Positions 49,863 to 60,570 of a stretch of 64,000 nt of DNA are shown here, in pieces (position 1 is the stretch's first letter; every line of letters starts with the position of its first letter). The notes below the pieces were generated by a model. It saw only the letters and a list, made by a program, of their open reading frames with translations, had not been told where the DNA came from and did no database searches. Source of the DNA: an uncultured Planctomycetaceae bacterium (GTDB lineage Bacteria > Planctomycetota > Planctomycetia > Planctomycetales > Planctomycetaceae); contig CAWFGE010000007.1 of NCBI GenBank assembly GCA_963815195.1, positions 192,001 through 256,000 of the forward strand. The letters run 5' to 3'. The translations under genes and the position numbers were made by a program.

Positions 49863-52008
49863 TGGATCGGGATCCACGAAACTTCGCCCCATCAACGCCA
49901 GCAGAATCAGCAGGCCAATCAGCGACAGACCCGCCCCCAATATGAATCCCGGGGGGTTATAAACGAACTCGACCCGATGCGCACCGGCAGGCAGCGGGAC
50001 CGCGCGAAAGGCGACATTCGCGGGAAGGACTTGAGCGCGCGTTCCATCGACCTTCGCACTCCAACCCGCGGCGAAAATGTCGCTGAGCACCAAATAGCCG
50101 GGCTGTTCCAGATCCGCCTCGACCACGACCCGGTTCGGCGTGTATTCCAGAATGGCCGCGGGCCCAAACGGCTGCCGAGTTCCCGCCGGCAACACATCCT
50201 GATGCACCAACACCTCCCGCCGGGACGACAAGCCGGCGAGTTGCTCCGAAAAGCTGCGGCCGGCTTCCAGCACGCGTGTTTCACCCAGCACAAACGCCCG
50301 CGGGAGAAAGTTTTCGTGCTCGAAGATTTGATAATCCAGCCATTCCGGCGTTTGCCCCGCCAGCGTGACGTCCCGCGGCAATCGCCCGGCGGCGACTTTT
50401 TTCCAACCCGTTTTCGGCAGCGGAATGTTTGCGGGGACGACGGCGTATTTGACGCCCAGGAGCTCCACAAGCTCAGGCCGAAACCGCTGCGGATTCGCCG
50501 GCTGGAGGCCCACGATTTCTTCGCCCGGACTTCGGCCGGGAGCCAGGGCGTCAAACAAAATCGCCGCGCGGGTGAAGGGCACAGGATCATAACCGTGCAC
50601 CTTCGAAATCCGATGTTCCCAGGCTTCGCGGTCGGTGAGCAAATCCTGTTGCACCAGCACCCGTTCTCGATCGGCGTGCTTCGAGAGAAAATCGGTGACG
50701 GAACTGTTTTGACGAATCGCCTCCGCCGGCACCACCGCCAAAATCCGGTCCGCGTTGCGAAACGTTTCTCCGCTTATAATCGCGAGGATGCCGAGAAGCA
50801 TCAGCCCCCGAACCACCTGATTGCGGGAGCGAACCAGCGCTTCGACGCCACCCGCCGCCAGGACCGCCACCGCGAACGAACAGAAAAACAAGCCTCTCGC
50901 CGGCGCGAAACAGCGAAAACCCCGGCACCGTTTGAAACAGCCAGCCGTAGATCGGGGTGCTATTGCCGAAGGCGATCAAGCCCGCGAGAAGGCCCATCGC
51001 CGCGTAGCGCCAAACCGTGCCGGTTTTGGCGCGCAAAAGGAGACCCAGCATCGCCAGGCCCCCCGCCGTCCAGCCAAAATGGAAGAACGTTTCCCAAAAA
51101 AAACCGCCCGGCCCGGCATAATCCGCCGGTCCTCCCAAGGCGAAGGGATCCCACAATTGCCGAAAGTTCGCCGGCCCCAGGCTGATCGCTCCCGCCTGCT
51201 CCAAAGCCAATCCGCCCGAACGAACGGCCTGCTTGGAACACAAATATTGTGGCAACAACTCCACCGCGACCAGAGCCGCCGTCACCAACCCGACCCCCAC
51301 CCACCCCGACGCCAACTTCAGGCGATGGCCGGAAGGCGAATCTTTAGCAGGCGTGATGAGTTCGCCGAACAGCATCAGGCTCAGAAACAGAACGAGATAA
51401 TAAAACTCCTGAACATGCCCGCAGAAAAAGCCCATCGCGAGCACGCCCGCGAGCCAGGGCACCGCCCCGCGATCGCCGGTTCGGAATCGCTCAAACGCGA
51501 AGAACGCCCAGGGGATCCAGGCCGCCAGGCAGATTTGGTTGTAATGCCCCTCGCCGGTTTGGGCCATCAAATACGGAGCCGCCAGGTAAGCACAGCCCCC
51601 GACGATGCCCGCGATCCAGCCCCAACCCAGTCGGCGGACGAGAAAGTAGCCGCCCCAACCGCCCCACCACAGGTGGCCCGCGAGCATCCAACTCGCCAGG
51701 CAGGCGTTTCCGATCAGCAAGAACGTCCAGTTCGGGGGATAGAACAAGCCGCTCTGCGGATTGCCCAGCCAAGCCGTTCCTTCGAGCAAATACGGATTCC
51801 ACAGCGGAATCTGCCCGTCGTTTCGCCAAACCTGCCCGGGCAGCGACCGGAACGCCAAAAACTGAGCGGTGAGATCGTTCCGGCCGCCAAACTGCGGTCC
51901 GACCAACAAACCCGCCGGCCGCAAAACCAGCGGAAACACGGCCAGCAGCACAAATGCTGCCAACAGAAACCCCGCGAGAAGGTGCTGATGAATCTTGGAA
52001 CGGGACAC
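49857..52008 (-). CDS. YfhO-family (GT-C-type) membrane protein, frameshifted near 50895
   Basis: PLWNPYLLEG...GNPQSGLFYPP; C-terminal LVLSDIFAAGWSAKVDG..ANVAFRAVPLPAGAHRVEFVY. Confidence 0.88.
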
Positions 52009-52284
52009 AACGAGACCCTCGGATGCTTTGTGGATAAAGAAGTATAGGTTATGGCTCAAAGTCCGCCTCGGCCGCGTTGATTTTTTGCAGCAACAAAAGG
52101 GGGAACGTTTCGCCAACGAAAACCCGCGTTAGCGCCGCTCCGTCAACACGAGGGAACGTTTCGGCCAAAAGTCGGGCAAAGCTTCTCGCTTGTCCTGCAG
52201 AATATCCCGCCAGTCGTTTCCACCCGACGGACATTCGCGACTTTCCTCAAATCCGTTTCGATTTTTCCGCCCGCGCACGGAATC

Positions 52285-52301
52285 CCGGCACAAGGTATGC
52301 T
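52285..52301 (+). promoter_or_regulatory. sigma54 (-24/-12) promoter candidate
   Basis: CCGGCACAAGGTATGCT gives GG-N10-GC about 60 bp upstream of the GTG at 52362. Confidence 0.55.
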
Positions 52302-52361
52302 TTTCCATCACCCTTCCCCGGGATGTTTTCTGCTTTCTCACATCCGACGAGTGTTCGCCTC

Positions 52362-53639
52362 GTGAATCACCCCGTGTTAACCATTGTCATCCCGGCCCTC
52401 AACGAGGAAGAATCGATCGGCATGACGATCGAACGCTGCCTCGCCGCCCGCGCGGGGATTGCCTCCACCGCGGGACTCGAGGACGTGGAAATCATTGTGG
52501 TCAGCGACGGGTCCACCGACCGCACGGCCGAGATCGCCCGCAGCTACGACGAGGTCCGGGTCATCGAGTTTCGCGAAAACCAAGGCTACGGGGCCGCCAT
52601 CAAAACCGGCTGGCAGGCCGGCCGCGGCGATCTGCTCGGATTTCTGGATGCCGACGGCACCTGCGATCCCTGGTATTTCGGGGAACTGTGCGCCGTGACG
52701 GCGATCGGCAAGGCCGACGTCGCGCTCGGTTCCCGCATGGGCCCCGATTCGCAAATGCCCCGCATTCGCCGCCTGGGGAACCGGATGTACGCCCTGATGC
52801 TGGGATTTCTGTGCGGCCGGCACATCACCGACACCGCCAGCGGGATGCGCGTCGTGCGGCGGGAGGTGCTCGAAGATCTCTACCCTCTGCCCGACGGCCT
52901 GCACTTCACGCCCGCGATGAGTTCCCGCGCGCTCCTCAACCATCTCCGCGTCGTGGAAATTCCCATGCGATACGAAGAACGCATCGGAACCAGCAAACTC
53001 AACGTGCTCCGCGACGGCCTGCGATTTGTCAAAGCGATTTTGGAAGGCGTGTTGTGCTATCGCCCGGAGAAAATCTTCCTGTTGGCGTTCGCCTTTTGCA
53101 TGACGCTGACGGTGCTGTTCGCGGCGAGTCCCACGGAGTTCTACATCCAAAACCGCTGGCTCGAGGAGTGGATGATCTACCGCTTTGCGGTGTGCAGTTT
53201 TTTGGGTTCGCTGGGGCTTCTGCTGCTGTTGGCGACGGCGTTGTGCAACCAGATGGCCCGCTTCAGCCGCCGCCGGCCCGATGGGAATTCCTTCTGGGCG
53301 ACCGGGATTCGCTCGCTTGTGTTCGGCTGGAGATTGACGGCCATCCTGGCGGTTTTCACCGGCTGCTCCGTGGGCTTTCTCTGGCCGGGATTGTTGCAAT
53401 GGGTCACGACGGGCCAGGTCACGCTGCATTGGTCCCGGCTGCTCGCGGGGGCGTTCTGCCTCCTGTCCGCATTCCAGACCGGCGTGTTTGCGGTGCTGCT
53501 GCAAATCGTCGAGCTTTGGCTCAGCGAACGATCTCCCTCGTCCCATCGCTGGGACACTTCCCCGGCACGCGCCCGGTCTTCCTCGCCGGCGTTACGATCC
53601 GAAGCCAACGCCCCGGCTGAAACCGTGGAGGCGATTTGA
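52362..53639 (+). CDS. GT2 glycosyltransferase (DPM-synthase-like) with four C-terminal TMs
   Basis: IPALNEE, VSDGSTD, NQGYGAAIK, LDADGT and DTASGMR motifs. Confidence 0.9.
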   Translation: MNHPVLTIVIPALNEEESIGMTIERCLAARAGIASTAGLEDVEIIVVSDGSTDRTAEIARSYDEVRVIEFRENQGYGAAIKTGWQAGRGDLLGFLDADGTCDPWYFGELCAVTAIGKADVALGSRMGPDSQMPRIRRLGNRMYALMLGFLCGRHITDTASGMRVVRREVLEDLYPLPDGLHFTPAMSSRALLNHLRVVEIPMRYEERIGTSKLNVLRDGLRFVKAILEGVLCYRPEKIFLLAFAFCMTLTVLFAASPTEFYIQNRWLEEWMIYRFAVCSFLGSLGLLLLLATALCNQMARFSRRRPDGNSFWATGIRSLVFGWRLTAILAVFTGCSVGFLWPGLLQWVTTGQVTLHWSRLLAGAFCLLSAFQTGVFAVLLQIVELWLSERSPSSHRWDTSPARARSSSPALRSEANAPAETVEAI

Positions 53640-54262
53640 TGAGCACCGATTTGGGGATCGTCGGCCAAATTCATCATCGGAGCGTCCACCGCCGGCGGGT
53701 GCGGGTTTTGGCCCGCCATTTGGCACCCCTGATTCCGCCCGGTTCCAACGTCCTCGACGTCGGCTGCGGAGACGGTCGGCTCGCAAGTCGGCTGATGGAT
53801 TTGGTTCCCGATGTTTCGATCGCGGGGATCGACGTGCTGGTTCGCGAGGAATCGGCCATTCCCGCGAAAGCTTACGACGGCAAAACCATCCCCCACGCCG
53901 ACGGCAGCTTCGATGTCGTGTTGCTTGTCGATGTCCTGCATCATACGGACGACCCCGCGGCATTGCTCGCGGAAGCCAATCGCGTGGCCCGCCGGGCGAT
54001 TGTGATCAAGGACCATTGCCGAAACGGCTTCATGGCCGGCCCCACGTTGCGGTTCATGGACTGGGTGGGAAATGCCGCTCATGGAGTTCGGCTGCCCTAC
54101 AACTATTGGCGCCGGTCCGAGTGGCGGAAGACGATCGCGGAATTGGGGCTGACCATCGAGTGCTGGCAGTCGCAGTTGGAACTCTACCCGTTTCCCACGG
54201 GCCTGTGGTTTGATCGTTCGCTGCACTTCATCGCCCGTTTGACCGCCTCGTCAAACCAATAG
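53639..54262 (+). CDS. Class I SAM-dependent methyltransferase
   Basis: VLDVGCGDG, DGSFDVV and DVLHH; start overlaps the upstream stop. Confidence 0.92.
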   Translation: MSTDLGIVGQIHHRSVHRRRVRVLARHLAPLIPPGSNVLDVGCGDGRLASRLMDLVPDVSIAGIDVLVREESAIPAKAYDGKTIPHADGSFDVVLLVDVLHHTDDPAALLAEANRVARRAIVIKDHCRNGFMAGPTLRFMDWVGNAAHGVRLPYNYWRRSEWRKTIAELGLTIECWQSQLELYPFPTGLWFDRSLHFIARLTASSNQ

Positions 54263-54321
54263 GATGCATTCGTAATCGGACGCCCGCATCACGCGTGCTG
54301 CCCATAAGCCGCCGAGGTTCT

Positions 54322-56122
54322 ATGCTGATCTTTCTGTTGATTGAACTGTCGTTGGCCGCATGGATCGTGCTGATCCTGCCGCGGCTGAGTTTCCTGAAAC
54401 ATCGGCGGCCCAGGCTGTTTCGGCCGCTGTGCCGGAGTTTGCAGGCTCGGCCGTGGTTGGCGACGTGTCTCGTGGCGATGTTTTCGCTTGTCATCAACGC
54501 CGGTCTGACGTTCGTTCAACCGCCCGCCCCAGAAGTGCATGACGAGTTCAGCTATTTGCTCGCGGCGGACACTTTCTCCCACGGCCGATTGACCAATCCC
54601 GCGCATCCGCTGTGGGAACACTTCGAGTCGTTTCACATTATCCACCAACCCACCTATGCCTCCAAATATCCGCCCGGTCAAGGCTTGATGCTCGCCCTCG
54701 GGCAACGCCTGACGGGAAAGCCGATCGCCGGGTCTTGGCTTGGCGTCTGCTTGATGACGGCCGCTGTGAGTTGGATGTTCCAAGGCTGGATGCCGTTCCG
54801 TTGGGCGCTCTTCGGCAGCATCCTCTTCGCCGCGAACGCCGGCATTTACATGTTTTGGGGACAGTTGTATTGGGGAGGGCAGACTGCCTCTTGCCGGAGC
54901 GGCCTTGGCCTTGGGCGCGATGCCGCGACTCGTGCGAACCCGGCAAATCCGCTATGCCCTGATCTTGGCTTCCGGAATTTCCATTCTGGCCGTGACCCGG
55001 CCCTACGAAGGGGCTCTGTTTGCGGGTTTCGTCGGCCTGGCGACCTGCTGGCGGCTCGTTCGTTCGCAGGCTTCGCTTCGCGAAACGTTCACCAAGTTCC
55101 TGCTCCCCAGTGCTGCGGTCCTCTTGGCGACCGTGTCGCTTTTGTTTTATTACAACGCCCAAGTGACCGGCGACTTCAAAACGTTTCCGTACATGCTGCA
55201 TCATCAACAATACGAACTCAGCCCGTTCTTCTTATGGGAAAGTCCGCCCCCGGCGGAAAAGACGTTCCGCCATGCCGTGCTCGACCGCTTCCATCAGCAC
55301 GACATCCTGCTCCTATTTCAAAAGCAGCAAGAGCTCTCCGGATTCTTGCACATCAAACTGGAACACCTGTTTTTTATCTGGTTTCAGTTTGGGAGCGTGC
55401 TGCCGGCCTTCGCGATCCTGTTTTGCTTTCAGCGCGGCGCGTTCCGAAAAACGGCCGCGTGGATGGCGGGATTTGCGTTTTTGTTCGCGGCGGTGCTGGT
55501 GACGCCTTGGCTGCACGCCCATTACTTCGCGGCCGCCGCTCCCTTTTTGCTTCTGGTTTTTGTCACGGGGCTGAGGCATCTTCGCGCGGCATGGAATCGG
55601 CAAGGCCGGTGGGTCCTCGCCGGATTGACTGTGTTCTATCTCGGGGTGAGCGCGTTTCGACTCACGCTCTATGCGGCCGCGGAACCGGGCCAGTGGTATC
55701 AGCATCGCGCCCGGTTGGTTGAAAGACTGAACGAAACGCCCGGCGAGGATCTGGTCGTCGTCCGCTACGCAAAGCAACACAACCCCTCGCACGAATGGGT
55801 CTACAATGGGGCGGACATCGACGGTTCCCCAATCGTGTGGGCCCGCGAGATGGACCCGGAGCGCAATCGCCGGTTGTTGGACTACTACGAAAACCGCCGC
55901 ATCTGGCTGCTCCAGGCCGATGCCGAGCCACCGTGTTTGATCGAACACAACCCGCCGAAAGAGAATGCACCCCAGGCGCCCGTTGCGCCTTCCGCCAAAC
56001 AAGGGACTGCGGTTGTTCAATCGCATTCGAGCCGCAACCGGCTTCGCGAGATAGAGAAATATCCCCGGCAGGATTCGAACCTGCAACCTTTGGCTCCGGA
56101 GGCCAACGATCTATCCAATTGA
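54322..56122 (+). CDS. Multi-TM membrane protein, probable GT-C glycosyltransferase, frameshifted near 54890
   Basis: [30 protein letters not shown] and [11 protein letters not shown]. The 3' end as read overlaps the tRNA. Confidence 0.72.
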
Positions 56123-56133
56123 TCTACGGGGAC
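56060..56133 (-). tRNA. tRNA-Arg (anticodon CCG); CCA not encoded
   Basis: GTCCCCGTAGATCAATTGGATAGATCGTTGGCCTCCGGAGCCAAAGGTTGCAGGTTCGAATCCTGCCGGGGATA folds as a cloverleaf with a GGTTCGAATCC T-arm. Confidence 0.97.
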
Positions 56134-56291
56134 AATTCGATTCCGCGAACAGAGGGTATTATGCCGTCTCCGCCCGTGGATCGTCAAGCAGTGGGCGAAG
56201 TCCGCTTCAATGGACGCCCGAATCGATAAAAAACAAGCCGTTTTCCCAGGGATGCTTTACGAATCAGAAAAAATCGATATTCTGCGGCTGT

Positions 56292-56305
56292 AATTATCGA
56301 CAATT
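56292..56305. promoter_or_regulatory. Candidate GntR/FadR operator AATTATCGACAATT
   Basis: Near-palindrome upstream of gntR; the TTATCGACA core recurs at 57310 and 57352. Confidence 0.5.
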
Positions 56306-56398
56306 GTGGGGAGACTATATACAATCTAACCACAACAAACCGCTGATTTTCTCTCAACCACCCCCAATTCCCGCCGAACCTTCCCGCCTGATTTTCTT

Positions 56399-57137
56399 TT
56401 GGAGTGCCGACGCGTGACCGTCGTTCCGGGTGAAAAAACTTGTTCTCCCGCCGTCAACGGCTCCCGCGTGGATCATGGCGGCCGGCGGCGGATGGTCACC
56501 GAATCGCTGCTTGCGGAGATTTTTCAAGGCAAACTGCTCGCGGGCAAGCACCTGGTGATCAAGGACCTCGCCGACCAGTTTGACGTCAGCCCCACGCCGG
56601 TGCGCGAAGCGCTTGTGGCCCTCGAAGGCATCGGCATTGTGGATCTCGTGCCCAACCGCGGGGCCGTCGTCCGCAAAGTCACCGCCGTCGAAGTCAAAGA
56701 GATTTGCCAGGTTCGAAAAGCCCTGGAATGCGAAGCCACCCGCTCGGCGTGCGGGCGAATCGAACTCGCCCAACTCCACGACCTGGCCGAGCAATTCCAG
56801 GAAATGCAGGTCACCACCAACCCCTCCCAAATGTTTTTGGAAACAGCCCGGCAGGCTCGACAGCCGGCTGCACGATTTGATCGCCGAGTCCTGCCCCAAC
56901 CAATTCCTCTGCCGCGAAATCGGCCGGCTGAAATTGTTGTTCCGGGCGTTCCGCGATCTGGCCTGGGAATGGAAACAGGCCAACGACGACTATCACCGCT
57001 ACCGCGAAGAAGCCCGCGAGCATCTGGCGATCGTCGAGGCGCTCATCGCCGGCGAAGCCAAACCCGCCGCCCGCGCCATGGCCCGGCACATTCGTTCCGG
57101 CGTCAAATACTGGAGCCGCGCCCTGCCTGCCTATTAA
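56399..57137 (+). CDS. GntR/FCD family transcriptional regulator, frameshifted near 56845; start uncertain
   Basis: LADQFDVSPTPVREALVALE..PNRGAVV; FCD part DSRLHDLIAESCPN..EHLAIVEAL..MARHI. Confidence 0.9.
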
Positions 57138-57328
57138 AATATGAACCGCGAAGCTCAAGAATTATTGCGAGACCAAAAGAACCACGAAACATACGAAGGA
57201 CGCGAGAGGAATCGCCAAGGCGAGTTGTCCTTCGATAGAACACGGAGATTCCTCCCGCCTAGTCAATATTTTTTAACCGTTCGATATAGACTACTTGAGT
57301 TGCTAAACATTATCGACAGAGGGCAATC

Positions 57329-60300
57329 ATGTCTTGTTTATCGTCTAGGGCTTATCGACAGAATTCCGCCCCGCATTCGTTTCTTTTGCTCGGCCTGTTC
57401 GTGTTCCTCCTCGGACTCTCCGGCGCAAGCCGCGGAGAAAGCCGAACTGGAATACAACCGCGATATCCGCCCGATCCTCGCGGACAAGTGTTTTGCCTGT
57501 CATGGTCCGGACAGCGCGGCTCGCAAGGCCGATTTGCGGCTGGATCAGCGCGAAGTCGCCGTCGAGATGGCAGCCATCATGCCGGGCAAACCGGACGAAA
57601 GCGAAATGATCCGCCGGATTCTTTCGACCGACCCGGGCGAAAGAATGCCCCCCGCCGAAACGAAAAAGTCTCTCACCAAAGAAGAGCAGCAAAAGCTCGC
57701 GGACTGGATCAAACAAGGGGCCAAGTACCAGTTGCATTGGTCCTTCATTCCCCCGAAGCGGCCGGAGCTTCCGAAGGTCAAAAACAAAGGCTGGGTGCGA
57801 AATCCCATCGATGCCTTTGTCCTTGAAAAATTGGAAGCCGCCGGTCTTCAACCCGCCCCGGAAGCGGATCGGCGGACGCTCGCTCGCCGGGCCAGTCTCG
57901 ACATCACCGGCCTGCCGCCGGAACCGAAACTCGTCGAAGCCTTCGTCAACGACCCCTCGCCCAATGCCTACGAGAAGTACGTGGATGAGCTGCTCAAGTC
58001 GCCGCATTGGGGCGAGCACCGCGGCCGGCATTGGCTGGACTATGCCCGCTATGCCGACACTCATGGCATTCATTTCGACAACTTTCGCGAGATGTGGTCC
58101 TATCGAGATTGGGTCATTCAGGCTTTTAACCGCAACATGCCCTATGACGAGTTCACCATCGAAAGCCTCGCCGGCGACCTGCTGCCCGATGCCACGCTGG
58201 CTCAGAAAATCGCTTCGGGGTTTAACCGCTGCAATATGACGACCAACGAAGGCGGGATCATCAACGAGGAATACCTCGTCCTGTATACCCGCGACCGGGT
58301 GGAAACGACATCGCAAGTCTGGATGGGTTTAACGGCCGGTTGCGCGGTGTGCCATAGTCATAAGTTCGATCCGCTCACGCAACGCGAGTTTTATGAGATG
58401 GCGGCGTTCTTTAACAATACAACCCAAGCCGCGAAAGACGGCAACATTAAAGACACGCCGCCCATCGTCCGCGTGCCGCTGCCCCAAGACCGGCCGCGAT
58501 GGAATGAATTAAAGGCACTAGTATCAACAGCCAGGCAGCAAGTCGATACGCGGAGAAAAGAGGCTCGGTCCGATTATCAAAAGTGGTTGGCCGCCGCGAA
58601 GCCGGAGGTTCTAAAGGCGACCGTTCCAAGCGAGGGCCTGTCATTTCATGCCCCCCTCAATGAAGGCGAAGGCGATAAAGTTCACATCGAGATCAACCAC
58701 GAACCGGCGGAAGCCCCCTTGGCAAAAACGACCACGTGGAAAGACGGCCCCGCGGGCACCAAGGCCTTGGCGGTTCAAGGGCAGGCGAGCGAGTTCTCCG
58801 AAGTCGGAAATTTTGAAAGCGATCAGCCTTTCACGCTCGCCGGTTGGATCAATGTGCCCGCGAACGATGGGTTCGGAGCCATCTGCGCCCGCATGGACCG
58901 CGGGAACACATACCGCGGCTGGGACCTGTGGATGCAACGCAGGCAAGTCGGTATGCACATTATCAACTCCTGGCCCGCCGCGGGTCTCAAAGTCGTCAGC
59001 CGGGCCCAGGTCCCCGCGAACCAGTGGGTGCACGTCGCCGTGACTTATGACGGTTCTCAAAAAGCCGCCGGCATTAAGATCTACTATAACGGCAAGCCGC
59101 AACAAACGAATGTCGAAAACGACAAGCTCAAAGGCCCGATCCGCACCGAGGTGCCGTTCAAGATCGGCCAGCGGAGCGACGGCGATCAATTTACGGGAAG
59201 CCTGCAAGATTTACGGATTTACGAGCGCACCTTGACTCCCGCCGACGTCGATGCTCTTGCCGGGCAGAGTCAATATGAAACCATTCTCGCCAAACCGAAC
59301 AAAGACCGCACCGCGAAAGAAAAGCAACTGCTCTACAACTATTGGCTGGAATCATTTGATGCGGACTATCAAAAGTCCAGCCAACAACTCGCCGGCTATG
59401 AGCGCGAGCAAAATGATATTCAAGCCCGAGGCACCGTCGCCCATGTGATGCAGGAACAAGATCAGGAGGCGATGGCCTATGTGCTGTTCCGCGGCGAATA
59501 TGACAAACGCGGCGACGAAGTGTCTCCCGGCACGCCCGCCGTGCTGCCGGCCTTTCCGAAAGACGCCCCGAAAAACCGGCTGGGCTTTGCAAAGTGGCTG
59601 CTGCTTCCCGAGCATCCGTTGACGGCCCGCGTGACCGTCAACCGGTATTGGCAGGAAGTGTTCGGCACCGGGATTGTCAAAACGGCCGGCGACTTCGGGG
59701 TGATGGGCCAGTCTCCGTCCCACCCGGAATTGCTCGATTGGCTTGCGGTCGAGTTTCGCGAGACCGGCTGGGATGTCAAGAAGTTCTTTAAACTGATGGT
59801 GACCTCCGCAACCTATCGGCAATCCGCCGCGACGACGGCCCAAAAACTGGAACTCGACCGCGACAATCGTCTCTTATCGCGCGGGCCGAGGTTCCGCATG
59901 GATGCCGAGATGGTCCGCGACTATGCCCTGGCCGCGAGCGGGCTTTTGGTGCCGAAAATCGGCGGGCCGAGCGTCAAGCCCTATCAACCGCCCGGTGTCT
60001 GGGAAGCGATCGCGATGAATGTCAGCAACACGCGCAGCTACGAGCCAGGCACAGGCGATGAACTCTACCGCCGCAGCCTGTATACGTTCTGGAAGCGGAT
60101 GGCACCGCCGGCTTCGATGGACATCTTTAACGCCCCCAATCGCGAATACTGCGTCGTCAGTCGCGAACGCACGGACACGCCGCTCCAAGCGCTCGTGACA
60201 TTGAACGATGTGCAGTTCGTCGAAGCCGCGAAGCATCTCGCGCAGAAGTCTTTGAAGGAAGGCACAACCTTTTCCGATCATCTGAATTTTATGGGCCTGC

Positions 60301-60518
60301 GCCTGCTCTGCCGGCCGTTCGATGCGAAAGAGACACCGATTATCGAACGGTCTCTCGACAAGCTTTTGGCCTACTATAAAGCGCATCCCGGCGAAGCCGG
60401 CCAGCTTTTGGAAGTCGGCGAATCCCCGGCCGACAAATCGCTCGAACCGGCCACGCTCGCGGCGTGGACGATGCTCACGAACGAGTTGATGAATTTGGAC
60501 GAAGTGCTGAATAAATAG
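57329..60518 (+). CDS. Planctomycete cytochrome c + DUF1549 + LamG + DUF1553 protein; likely ATG 57329 with a slip near 57420
   Basis: YNRDIRPILADKCFACHGPD, WLDYARYADTHG, CAVCHSHKFDP, WVHVAVTYDG, HPELLDWLA and TPLQAL. Confidence 0.93.
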
Positions 60519-60570
60519 TCCGGATCCTAGAGGCTCTACTTGTGCCGTTTCCTATGACGGAGAAAACTCC

